A stretch of DNA of 44,340 nt from Bradymonadaceae bacterium (GTDB lineage: Bacteria; Myxococcota_A; Bradymonadia; Bradymonadales; Bradymonadaceae). Shown here in pieces: positions 35,877 to 44,340 of this stretch (position 1 is the stretch's first letter; every line of letters begins with the position of its first letter). Made by a program: the position numbers and the translations under genes. Under the pieces are notes generated by a model that was not told the DNA's origin, did not search any database, and saw nothing but the letters and a program-made list of their open reading frames with translations. Location of the stretch: the NCBI GenBank assembly GCA_028274765.1, contig JAQCND010000540.1, positions 1-44,340 of the forward strand, written 5' to 3'.

Positions 35877-38114
35877 TTACTCCTCCTCGAGAGGCCACTC
35901 GGGCGTCTCCGAAGTCAGCCCCAGCTCGTTCATCAGAAAGGCGAGGGTGTCGGTATCTTTAGCCACCCGTTTTTTGACCATGTCGGCGCCGCCGTGACCG
36001 GCCTCACGTTCGAGTCGAAAGAGGACGGGATCGATCGAGTCGGTCGCCCACTGGAGGGCGGCGGTGAACTTCCGGGCGTGCATCGGGTGGACGCGATCGT
36101 CGCTGGCCGACGAGAGCGTCAGGAACGCCGGATACTCGGTGCCTTCTTCGACGTGATGATAGGGGGAGTAATCGTAGAGATACTGGAACTGCTCTTTCTT
36201 TTCGGGGGTACCGTACTCGGGAATCCAGATCTTGGCGGGTCCGAATTCGTGGTATCGCACCATGTCGGTCAGTGGAACGCCGCAGACCACGGCCCGGAAG
36301 AGGTCGGGCCGCTGGGTCGTGACAGCACTGACGAGCAATCCTCCGTTGGAGGCGCCCCGAATCGCGAGCCGATCCGAGCTGGTGTATCCCTCGTCGACGA
36401 GGTACTCGGCGGCAGCGATGAAGTCGTCGAAGGTATTCTGCTTGTTCTCGCGCATCCCGGCCTTGTGCCATTTTTCCCCGTACTCGCCACCTCCTCGGAG
36501 GTTCGGCATGGCGAAGGCGCCTCCCGCCCGAATCCACGGCAGCATCGATTCGTTGAAGTAGGGCTGGAGACTGACGTTGAAGCCCCCGTATCCCGTCATC
36601 AAAAGCGGGGTCGAGCCGTCCATGGCCATGTCTTCGTGGTGGACGATGTACATCGAGACCTGCGTGCCGTCTTTCGAGTCGTACCAGACCTGCTCGACCT
36701 CGAGGTCCGAGGTGTCGACGGGGAGGTCGAGCTGGCTCCACGTCTCGGTCCCCTCGCGTTTGACAGAGAGCTCGTAGATCTGACGGGGTTGCTTGAAGGA
36801 TTCATAGGCCAAATAGCCCGTCTCGCGGTCGGGCGTGCCGGAGAGGCCCGAGACGTATCCGACGCCGGGGAGATCGACGGTGCGGACCGACGTGCCGTCG
36901 GGGTCGAACAGCTCGAGCTGGCCGTGAGCATCGACGAGATATTTGGCGGCGACGTGACCGCCGACGATGCTGATGTTCTCGAGGACACCCTCGTCGCGCT
37001 CGGAGACGATCTCGGTCCAGTTGTCGCGGCTCGGATTCTCGGCCGGGGCGCGGAGGAGGTGGTATTTGGGGGCGTCCTCGTCGGTGAGGATGTAGAAGTG
37101 ATCGTTCCAGACTTCGACGTTGTAGGCGTATTCCTCGCCCTCGACGAGGGTCTGCCACGACGGGTCGTCGGCCTCAAGATCGCGGTAGTAGACGTCCGAG
37201 CGGTTCCATCCGTGCCAGACGTACGTGAGCAACCAGCGACCATCGTGTGAGAGGTTGACGCCGATGAAGGTCTGGGGATTGCCCGTGGAACCGCGCACGA
37301 CCTCGTCGTCGGAGGGAGGCGTCCCGAGCTCGTGATAGCGGATGTCGGCTTTCCCGGGGCGTTTGGCCTTGGGGATGGATTCGTCGGTCGGGAAGTGGGT
37401 GTAATAGAAGCCGTTGCTGTCGGGCGTCCAGGCCGGCGAGGCCCAGCGTCCGCCCTCGATGACGTCGGTCTCGCGGACTTCACCCGTCTCGACCGACTTG
37501 ACCTTGATGGTCGCCTGGTCGGCGTTGTTGACGCTCACCATGTAGGCGACCTTTTTGCCGTCCCAGGAGGGCGAGATGCCCTGGATCGAGATGTTTTGGT
37601 CGCCGCCCATCTCGTTGGGATTCAACAGAACTTCGGCCTCGGAGGAGGCGGCGTCGGCTGGTCGCCAGTAATAGATGCCCTTTTCGGCGTCGGCGGGACG
37701 TCGCTTGTAGAAGACCCGGTCGCCCCGACGCATCGGCGCCGAGACGGATTCGACATAGTAGAGTTCGCGGAGGCGCTCGGCGAGGGCGTCGTGCCGGGGC
37801 AGATCGTCGAGGTACTGGCGCGTGAGCTCGTCCTGCTTCGATTGCCATGCCTGGACCGCCTCGTCGTCGGAGTCCTCGAGCCACCGATAGGGATCGCGAA
37901 CGGTCTGACCGTGGAGCGTGTCGGTGACGTCCTGTCGACGCGTCTCCGGATAGGGAAGCGGTCCCGGTGAGTGCGTCGAAGCACTCGACGAGGTCTGAGG
38001 CGACTCGTCGGAGGGTGACTCGGGGGCCGACTGACAGCCCACTGCGCCTGCCATCAGGCCGAGTCCAGCGAGCAGTGACCAGACGAGTGTCTCTCGCGGT
38101 GAAGATATCGTCAT
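35877..38114 (-). CDS. prolyl oligopeptidase (S9A) family serine peptidase, lipoprotein
   Basis: YPETRRQDVTDTLHGQTVRDPYRWLED, nucleophile elbow GASNGGLL and a C-terminal EAGHGG. Lipobox (LLAGLGLMAGAVGC). The ATG at 38114 was verified; the ORF prefix up to 38687 is Arg-rich and overlaps ychF. Confidence 0.9.
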   Translation of the reverse strand: MTISSPRETLVWSLLAGLGLMAGAVGCQSAPESPSDESPQTSSSASTHSPGPLPYPETRRQDVTDTLHGQTVRDPYRWLEDSDDEAVQAWQSKQDELTRQYLDDLPRHDALAERLRELYYVESVSAPMRRGDRVFYKRRPADAEKGIYYWRPADAASSEAEVLLNPNEMGGDQNISIQGISPSWDGKKVAYMVSVNNADQATIKVKSVETGEVRETDVIEGGRWASPAWTPDSNGFYYTHFPTDESIPKAKRPGKADIRYHELGTPPSDDEVVRGSTGNPQTFIGVNLSHDGRWLLTYVWHGWNRSDVYYRDLEADDPSWQTLVEGEEYAYNVEVWNDHFYILTDEDAPKYHLLRAPAENPSRDNWTEIVSERDEGVLENISIVGGHVAAKYLVDAHGQLELFDPDGTSVRTVDLPGVGYVSGLSGTPDRETGYLAYESFKQPRQIYELSVKREGTETWSQLDLPVDTSDLEVEQVWYDSKDGTQVSMYIVHHEDMAMDGSTPLLMTGYGGFNVSLQPYFNESMLPWIRAGGAFAMPNLRGGGEYGEKWHKAGMRENKQNTFDDFIAAAEYLVDEGYTSSDRLAIRGASNGGLLVSAVTTQRPDLFRAVVCGVPLTDMVRYHEFGPAKIWIPEYGTPEKKEQFQYLYDYSPYHHVEEGTEYPAFLTLSSASDDRVHPMHARKFTAALQWATDSIDPVLFRLEREAGHGGADMVKKRVAKDTDTLAFLMNELGLTSETPEWPLEEE

Positions 38115-38275
38115 ATCCAGAAGTCTATCCGTTTCAGTGGGCTCGTCTGGCGACCAGACGAGGTGACATGAGTCATCGAGCGATGGATATCGCAAGCTCA
38201 TCGAGCCCCCCTTGTCCTCGAACAGGCCTCGTTCAGCCGGAGATCGCGGCATAGGGGTCGTCGTGAATGTTGCGG

Positions 38276-39370
38276 TCAGGCGTTGTGCCGAAAGAAGATG
38301 ACGTCGCCATCCTGGACGATGTAGTCGCGTCCCTCGAGTCGGACGTCGCCGGCGTCGCGGATGGCCTCTTCGCCTCCGTGTCGGTCGAGGTCGTCGACGG
38401 CATAGACTTCGGCCCGGATGAACTGCTTCTCCAGATCCGAGTGAATGGCACCGGCGGCCTCGGCGGCTGTCGCGCCCTCGGGAATGGTCCAGGCGCGAAT
38501 CTCCTTGGGCCCCGCCGTATAGAAACTCTGAAGTCCGAGCAGTTCGTAAGTCTCGCGAATGAGGGCGTTCAGCGCCGGCTCGTCGAGCCCCATCTCCTGA
38601 AGCATCATCGCCTGGTCCTCGTCCTCGAGTTCGGCCAACTCGGCCTCGAGCGAGGCACAGAGCCGGAGGACGTCGCCGCCGCGGCATTCAGCCTCCTCGC
38701 GGAGGGCTTCGACGTGTTCGGAGCCGCCATGGAGGTCGTCTTCGCCGACGTTGGCGACATACAACACGGGTTTCATCGTCAGCAGATGGACCTCTTCGAG
38801 ATGTGTGCGGTCAGGCGGATCGACATCGAGACTCCGCACGGGTTCACCGGCGTTGAGCGCTTCCTTGGCGCGCTCGAAGACCTCGAGTTCCTCCTCGGCC
38901 GATTCGTTGCCCAGATCGGCGGCCTCGCGGAGCGTCTCGAGACGACTCTCGACCGTCTCGAGGTCGGCCAGCAACAGCTCGGTCTCGACGATCTCGACGT
39001 CGCGCACCGGATCGACCGAGCCCTCGACGTGGGCGATGTCGTCGTCCTCGAAACACCGCACGATGTGGACGAGTGCGTCGGTCTCGCGGATGTGACTCAA
39101 GAAGGCGTTGCCCAGGCCCTCCCCTTCGGAAGCGCCCTCCACGAGGCCGGCGATGTCGTGGAGCTCGACGCTCGCCGGCACGACCTCTTCGGTGTCGAAA
39201 TGCGGTTGCAGGACCTCCAGGCGCGGGTCGGGTACCGGGATGATGCCGACGTTCGGATCGATCGTACAGAAGGGATAGTTGTTGGACTCGGCTTCGGCCG
39301 ACGAGAGCGTATTGAAGAGCGTCGACTTGCCGACATTCGGCAATCCGACGATTCCGGCAGAGACATCCAT
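38276..39370 (-). CDS. ychF: redox-regulated ribosome-binding ATPase YchF
   Basis: [58 protein letters not shown] and the C-terminal TGS-like end ([18 protein letters not shown]). The ATG at 39370 gives a 364-aa product. Confidence 0.95.
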   Translation of the reverse strand: MDVSAGIVGLPNVGKSTLFNTLSSAEAESNNYPFCTIDPNVGIIPVPDPRLEVLQPHFDTEEVVPASVELHDIAGLVEGASEGEGLGNAFLSHIRETDALVHIVRCFEDDDIAHVEGSVDPVRDVEIVETELLLADLETVESRLETLREAADLGNESAEEELEVFERAKEALNAGEPVRSLDVDPPDRTHLEEVHLLTMKPVLYVANVGEDDLHGGSEHVEALREEAECRGGDVLRLCASLEAELAELEDEDQAMMLQEMGLDEPALNALIRETYELLGLQSFYTAGPKEIRAWTIPEGATAAEAAGAIHSDLEKQFIRAEVYAVDDLDRHGGEEAIRDAGDVRLEGRDYIVQDGDVIFFRHNA

Positions 39371-39896
39371 GTGGTGATCTCGAATATGAGGGAAGCAAGC
39401 GGCGAGACGACGAGACGTGTAGGGGATGCCGGCGAGGTTGCCAAGAGGCCAGATCGAGTGCATCGAACGGCGGGACTCGACCCTGTAGCTTTCTCGACGA
39501 TGCACCTCTCCCTTACTCACCCTCCGGAGCGCCCGCGTGCGCTCTACCCGCCGAAAACCGGCCGAAGCGAGGGGGAGAGCTGAAGCCCCAAGAAGCGGGG
39601 CAGCTCGGCGGCTCACTCCTGCCAGATACCCTGACAGCTCGCCGCTCCCCCCCTCTGTTTATGATCGTCGGCAGATGGGGCGGATTTGTTTCGTCCAAGG
39701 TGGCACTGCGAACCTCGACAGGAGGGGACGCGGCACTCGTGTTCGTGGTCGGCGTGCTGCCACTTTCTTCGAGGGAGAGCACGATATGTGTCTACACGTT
39801 GACCCTGAGCTCTCCCCCGGAGCTAGATGCTGGGGCTCGGGAGGTAGCTATTTCATCGGATGAAACATGCGAAAGCGAACCACACGGCGCTCGCAC

Positions 39897-40952
39897 TCAC
39901 TCGTGCCATATGTTCTGAGCTCTTCCGGATTTGGGATCGAGGCGATTCCAGTCCGGTTGAATCAGCCCGAGCGTGTTCGGGCCCACCTGCCGGGCCTCGA
40001 CGTAGAGGGGGAGCTCCGGGAAGTATCCGCGAGACGACGTCTCCCAGTTCGACTGATCGGTGTATTCGGAGCGTGTAGATACGGCCTCCGATTCGTACAT
40101 ATCCCGCAGCACCGACGATTCGGGAAGCCGCATGTTGCGACCGATTTCCATCGGATTGTCGAGTCGGGTCGAGCGAGGCGTGATGGTTTCAACCATCCGG
40201 AGTGGGGGCTCGCCGAGCTGGAGCTCCGGCGTCTCGAAGAGTTCGCGGTTGGCGTCGATCCCCTTGTTGGCACGCTTCCGGTTGCGATCGATGCGCACCA
40301 GCATACAGGGACGATGGAACCGGCGCACACAGCGGATCGCCGTCGCATAGAAGCTGACGGGACGCTCGAGCGCCGACTCGATGTTGTCGATGAGCTCGAA
40401 GGTCAATCCGCCGTACGGGTGCAGGTGGCGCCCCATCCGATCGTCATCCGGCGATCGCCAGCACTGGAGTCGCGCTGCTTCGCGAGCCACGAGACGCTCG
40501 GCCGGCGTGGTCGGTTCGGACCGTGAAACGAGTGCCCTCGAGTCCGAGTCCTCCTGTCGACTCTCGAGTGGGCCTCGTTCCAGCGTCTCGGCGGCGATGA
40601 CGTGGGCGAGTTCGTGCCAGCCCGTCGCCTCCGGCACATCGGAGGCGTGAGCACGGGCATCGACGATGACCGCCCAACGATACTCGCTCCCAATCTCTTT
40701 GAGATCGACTACCACGCCCAGATGCTTCTCGCTGTCGAGAGTCGTCTCGAGCCAGTCGGCGAGTGAGTCGTTCGACGACCTACTCAAAAGGGCCTCGAGG
40801 TCGGCATCACGCTGGAGCTGTTGGGATGAAACGGCCCAGCGCTCACACACGGCCGGCTTCAACGGGAATCGCCCCTCGGAGGCGTCATCGTCCCTCCGAT
40901 CGACGGCCTCGAGTATCGCCTCGTCCATCTGTCGGAGTAGCTGGGGATGCAT
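39897..40952 (-). CDS. HEXXH zinc-metallopeptidase-like protein (M78 ImmA/IrrE-like N-terminal domain plus an unknown ~200-aa C-terminal domain)
   Basis: HELAH motif in an ImmA/IrrE-like context (YRWAVIVDARAHASDVPEATGWHELAHVIAAE). No signal peptide and no recognisable partner gene. The family assignment comes from motif context only. Confidence 0.5.
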   Translation of the reverse strand: MHPQLLRQMDEAILEAVDRRDDDASEGRFPLKPAVCERWAVSSQQLQRDADLEALLSRSSNDSLADWLETTLDSEKHLGVVVDLKEIGSEYRWAVIVDARAHASDVPEATGWHELAHVIAAETLERGPLESRQEDSDSRALVSRSEPTTPAERLVAREAARLQCWRSPDDDRMGRHLHPYGGLTFELIDNIESALERPVSFYATAIRCVRRFHRPCMLVRIDRNRKRANKGIDANRELFETPELQLGEPPLRMVETITPRSTRLDNPMEIGRNMRLPESSVLRDMYESEAVSTRSEYTDQSNWETSSRGYFPELPLYVEARQVGPNTLGLIQPDWNRLDPKSGRAQNIWHE

Positions 40953-41315
40953 CGAAGGTTGTCCTTGGCTGCTGTCCTGCCATCGCGATTCCGTTCTGGG
41001 TTCACATTATCCTGAACAACATTGTCCTGTCATTGCATTCGACACGTAGGTGCGTCGAGAACTCGATGGTTCGGATGAGTTCACGCCTACGAGTCGGATG
41101 ATGCAGCATCTCGATATCGAGGGGAAATATGCGTGGTAGAGGGTGAAGTTGACTCGAGGAGCAAGCGGGTGCACGGACGTATTGACACGTTTTCGGGCCC
41201 CGTGATAGAGCGCCTCCCGTGGGGTTTCGAGGGAGTATATGTCGACACGTTCGGCTCCCTCGTCACCGTCTTCTGGATTGTGAAGACGAGTCCGCTGTTC
41301 AGGGAGTGACACGTC

Positions 41316-41693
41316 GTGGAACTCGGGAATTATCTACCGCTCGTTATTTTTACAGGCATAGCCACGATCGCGGCGATTGCGATCACGGCGGCCGGGTCAT
41401 TGCTGGGGCCCAGCAACCCGACCAAGCAGAAGCAAATTCCGTACGAGTCCGGGTCGAATCCGATCGGTTCACCCAAAGAGAGCCGGTTCGGTATTCGGTT
41501 CTACATGATAGCATTGAGCTTCATCCTCTTCGACCTCGAGGCGGTCTTTGTCATTCCGTGGGCCATCTCGTGGAATCAGAGTGAAGCGCTCGGATACGGT
41601 CTGTACTCGTTCGGCGTCATGTTTGTCTTTTTGACGATTCTCACGCTCGGTCTCGTCTACGAGTGGAGCCAAGGAGGTCTCGAATGGGACTAG
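41316..41693 (+). CDS. nuoA: NADH-quinone oxidoreductase subunit A
   Basis: GTG start. Three TM helices with YESGSNPIG and RFGIRFYMIALSFILFDLEAVFVIPWA. Confidence 0.9.
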   Translation: MELGNYLPLVIFTGIATIAAIAITAAGSLLGPSNPTKQKQIPYESGSNPIGSPKESRFGIRFYMIALSFILFDLEAVFVIPWAISWNQSEALGYGLYSFGVMFVFLTILTLGLVYEWSQGGLEWD

Positions 41694-42244
41694 AACAGAA
41701 TCTTCCAGAGGGTGTCTTTACGACCAAGGTCAAAGAAGCGGTCAACTGGGCGCGCAAGTATTCGCTCTTCCAGTACCCCTTCGTGACCGCCTGCTGCGGC
41801 ATGGAGTACATGGCCACGTCGTCGTCCCGATACGACATCGGCCGGTTCGGGGCCGAAATCCCCCGGTTCTCGCCGCGCCAGGCGGATCTGCTCTGGGTGG
41901 TCGGGACGGTCAACCACAAACTGGGACCGTACCTGCGCCGTATCTACGAGCAGATGGCCGAGCCCAAGTGGGTGATGGCCTTCGGCGTGTGTGCCTCGAC
42001 CGGAGGTTTCTACGACAACTACGCCACGATTCAGGGGATCGACAAGATCATTCCGGTCGACGTCTACATCCCCGGATGTCCGCCGCGGCCCGAACAGGTC
42101 ATCGACGGGTTGATGCGCCTCCAAGATCAAATCCAAGAAGAGGGCTTCGACGAACACGCCTACCAGGAGAAGCTCCAGGAGCGCGAGGACGAAGAACTCG
42201 AAGAGCATCCGCCGCTGTTCCAAGAGGTCGAACGACTCGAATAA
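41684..42244 (+). CDS. nuoB: NADH-quinone oxidoreductase subunit B
   Basis: ACCGMEYMA, FGVCASTGG and IPGCPPRPE cluster-N2 ligand motifs. AAGGAGG at 41671-41677 precedes the ATG at 41684. It overlaps the nuoA end. Confidence 0.95.
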   Translation: MGLEQNLPEGVFTTKVKEAVNWARKYSLFQYPFVTACCGMEYMATSSSRYDIGRFGAEIPRFSPRQADLLWVVGTVNHKLGPYLRRIYEQMAEPKWVMAFGVCASTGGFYDNYATIQGIDKIIPVDVYIPGCPPRPEQVIDGLMRLQDQIQEEGFDEHAYQEKLQEREDEELEEHPPLFQEVERLE

Positions 42245-42377
42245 CGCGACGTGCGGACCTAACTCCGAGGCCATGGATACGTCCATCGTCTCACCGGATG
42301 TCGCCGTCATTTCGTCCCGCGGCAGATGTCGCCGCGGGGCGTTTTCAACGCTCGAGATACGCACCCCGCCGACTCAC

Positions 42378-42929
42378 ATGGCCGAGAAACTCATCGACAT
42401 CGTCGAGGACGAATTCGAGGACGCCGTCCTCGATTCGCACTCCAAGCTGGGCAACGACACGGTCACCGTCGAGAAGACGCGCGTGCCGGAGATCATCGAG
42501 TATCTCCGCGACGACCCGGAGACGAAAATGAACATGCTCCGGGAGATCTCGTGCGTCGACTACGACAACCGGGTGCCGCGCTTCGAGGTCATCTACGTCC
42601 TTTACAGCATGCAGCACAAACACATGCTGATGGTGCGCGCACCGGTCGAGGAAGACGACTGCACGATGCCGACCATCAGCCATCTCTACAAGTGCGCAAG
42701 CTGGATCGAGCGCGAGGTCTGGGACATGTACGGCATCGAGTTCGAGGACCATCCCGACCTCCGTCGCGTGCTGCTCTACGAGGAATTCGAGGGTCATCCC
42801 CTCCGCAAAGATTATCCCAAACAGAAAGGACAGCCGCGCACGGAGCTTCGCAAGCTCGAGCGCGACGCTGCTGAAGAATTCGACGTCTTCGTCAATGACG
42901 AGCCGGCTGCCGGCTCGCGGGAGGACTGA
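42378..42929 (+). CDS. nuoC: NADH-quinone oxidoreductase subunit C
   Basis: The 30-kDa subunit signature (ASWIEREVWDMYGIEFEDHPDLRRVLLYEEFEGHPLRKDYP). ATG at 42378. Confidence 0.9.
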   Translation: MAEKLIDIVEDEFEDAVLDSHSKLGNDTVTVEKTRVPEIIEYLRDDPETKMNMLREISCVDYDNRVPRFEVIYVLYSMQHKHMLMVRAPVEEDDCTMPTISHLYKCASWIEREVWDMYGIEFEDHPDLRRVLLYEEFEGHPLRKDYPKQKGQPRTELRKLERDAAEEFDVFVNDEPAAGSRED

Positions 42930-42934
42930 ACGCC

Positions 42935-44140
42935 ATGGCCGAAGATCTCACGCCCCAGATCGACCAGGATATTCATACCGAACCGATGATCCTCCAGATG
43001 GGGCCCTCCCATCCGGCGACCCACGGTACGGTTCGATTCACACTCACCCTGGAGGGTGAGACCGTCATCAAGTGCGATACGGAGGTCGGTTATCTCCACC
43101 GGGGATTCGAAAAGGAGTCCGAGTACTCCACCTGGAATCAAGTCTTTCCCTACACGGACCGACTCAACTACGTCAGTCCGCTGCTCAACAACTTCGGCTA
43201 CGCGCTGGCCGTCGAGAAGCTCCTCGAGCTCGAGGTCCCGCCGCGCTGCAAGTGGATTCGCACGCTGATGGGCGAGATCAGCCGTCTGACCGATCACTTC
43301 ACCTCGATCGGGGCGAGCTGTCTGGAGCTGGGGGCGATGACGCCCTTCATCTACGCCATCGAGGCGCGCGAATACCTCTGGGATCTGGTCGAGGAAGTCA
43401 CCGGGGCCCGACTGACCGTCAGCTACGGGCGTATCGGAGGCCTTCGCGACGATCTGACCGACGACTTCGAGGAGCGCTGGGAGGCGACGCGCGAACGCAT
43501 CCTCAAGATCCACAGCGAGCTGGCTCAGTTGTTGAGCCGCAACCGCGTCTTCCTCGATCGCATGCAGGGCACGGGCGCGGTCAACGAAGAGGATGCCATC
43601 AGCTGGGGCTTTACCGGCCCGGTGTTGCGCTCGACCGGATGCGACTACGACATCCGCAAGGACCATCCGTACTTCATGTACGACGAGGTCGATTTCGACG
43701 TGCCGGTCGGCGAAGAGGGCGACAACTACGACCGCTATCTGGTCCGGATGGAGGAAATCCTCCAGAGTATTCGGATCATCGACCAGTGCCTCGAGAAGAT
43801 GGAGCCCGGTCCAGTGACCGCCGACGACCCGCGTGTCGTGCTGCCCGAGAAAGATCAGGTTTACAACACCATCGAGGGCATGATTAACCACTTCAAGCTC
43901 GTCTTCGAGGGCATTCAGGTGCCCGCCGGCGAGGTCTACAGCTACACCGAGGCCGGCAACGGCGAGCTCGGCTACCACATCGTCTCCAACGGGACGGGCA
44001 AGCCCTGGAAGGTCGGCATTCGCTCGCCCAGCACCATCATGATGGGCGGCATCCACGAGCTGATCGAGGGAGGCATGCTGGCCGACATCATTCCGACCTT
44101 CGACACGATCAACATGATCGGAGGCGAGTGCGACAAGTAA
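42935..44140 (+). CDS. nuoD: NADH-quinone oxidoreductase subunit D
   Basis: MGPSHPATHG, GYLHRGFEK, the ERLLNN-like region and the C-terminal RSPS..DIIPTFDTINMIGGECDK. Confidence 0.95.
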   Translation: MAEDLTPQIDQDIHTEPMILQMGPSHPATHGTVRFTLTLEGETVIKCDTEVGYLHRGFEKESEYSTWNQVFPYTDRLNYVSPLLNNFGYALAVEKLLELEVPPRCKWIRTLMGEISRLTDHFTSIGASCLELGAMTPFIYAIEAREYLWDLVEEVTGARLTVSYGRIGGLRDDLTDDFEERWEATRERILKIHSELAQLLSRNRVFLDRMQGTGAVNEEDAISWGFTGPVLRSTGCDYDIRKDHPYFMYDEVDFDVPVGEEGDNYDRYLVRMEEILQSIRIIDQCLEKMEPGPVTADDPRVVLPEKDQVYNTIEGMINHFKLVFEGIQVPAGEVYSYTEAGNGELGYHIVSNGTGKPWKVGIRSPSTIMMGGIHELIEGGMLADIIPTFDTINMIGGECDK

Positions 44141-44227
44141 TCCATTGAAGCCATCGCACGTCCGCTTCGGGCGCCGACGCGAGGTACCCGGGCGCTCGAC
44201 GAGTTGACTTTGACCAGGAACGACGCC

Positions 44228-44340
44228 ATGCCGGAGTTGACCATCAACGGAGAGGAGATCGAGGTCGAGAAGGGGACGACCATCCTCCAGGCTGCCGCCC
44301 AGCTGGGCTACGACATTCCCCACTTTTGTTATCATCCCGC
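44228..44340 (+). CDS. nuoG: NuoG-like 2Fe-2S N-terminus (3' end outside window)
   Basis: The ATG at 44228 translates to MPELTINGEEIEVEKGTTILQAAAQLGYDIPHFCYHP. This matches the N-terminal ferredoxin-like start of subunit G (I-x-V..G.TIL.A....G..IP.FCYH). Confidence 0.7.
   Translation, partial: MPELTINGEEIEVEKGTTILQAAAQLGYDIPHFCYHP

Noticed and set aside
38115-38687. N-terminal extension of the peptidase ORF, and similar extensions at 28463..28876, 435..602, 17088..17192 and 18576..18677
   Set aside because: The extensions are Arg/Pro-rich, overlap neighbouring genes and precede in-frame ATGs. Those ATGs give proper signal peptides or family-typical N-termini.
35994-39583. Plus-strand ORFs 35994..37250 and 38267..39583 (418 and 438 aa)
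   Set aside because: They are antisense to the prolyl oligopeptidase and ychF, both of which have canonical catalytic or GTPase motifs.
41182-41210. TTGACA-N17-ATAGAG as the nuo promoter
   Set aside because: The -35 is perfect, but the -10 hexamer matches the consensus poorly at any spacing from 17 to 19. This is too weak to list as a feature.
42812-44335. 507-aa minus-strand ORF across nuoD
   Set aside because: It is antisense to an unambiguous NuoD. There are no motifs and the composition is unlike neighbouring genes.
1-44340. CRISPR arrays, IS elements, integrases, prophage or toxin-antitoxin pairs; also the striking abundance of CTCGAG
   Set aside because: No regularly spaced direct repeats, terminal inverted repeats or recombinase-like ORFs were seen. 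CTCGAG abundance is explained by frequent Leu-Glu dipeptides encoded CTC-GAG in this acidic, GC-rich proteome.

Overview
The window is GC-rich bacterial chromosome, densely coded on both strands, and mostly core or housekeeping genes. I called about 36 protein genes (coordinates include stop codons). They are: a partial coiled-coil ORF; a flippase-like (UPF0104) membrane protein; grpE-dnaK-dnaJ followed by a tail-anchored double zinc-ribbon protein; thiL with a degenerate methyltransferase-like gene; a large Ser/Thr kinase ending in an FGE-sulfatase domain; yifB/comM; a three-gene envelope cluster (Cys-rich EGF/MopE-type lipoprotein, nine-repeat YD/Ca-binding-like lipoprotein, membrane coiled-coil protein); a GT2-like gene and nadK; a SPOR protein; a tightly coupled four-gene operon (lipoprotein, secreted protein, AI-2E permease, DUF4388/J-like protein); a TrmN6-like methyltransferase; an RHH-FHA regulator with a degenerate MBL-fold protein and a small lipoprotein; tlyA; an OmpA-like gene with a YcbB-type L,D-transpeptidase; a PKD/DUF2135-like lipoprotein; prolyl oligopeptidase; ychF; an orphan HEXXH (M78/IrrE-like) protein; and nuoA-B-C-D followed directly by a nuoG-like start. 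I could support no rRNA, tRNA, CRISPR array, transposase, integrase or prophage signature. Domain content (DUF4388, MopE-type motifs, bacterial EGF-like modules, MJ0042-type zinc ribbons, STK-FGE fusion) suggests a Myxococcota/Bradymonadia-like organism. The strongly acidic proteins suggest a saline habitat. Both are inferences. I found no clear-cut novel system. The best candidates for uncharacterised biology are the RHH-FHA/MBL operon, the four-gene AI-2E envelope operon, the Cys-rich/YD-like lipoprotein cluster, the orphan IrrE-like metallopeptidase and one unusually long structured convergent spacer. All are hypotheses from reading the sequence, with no database search run.
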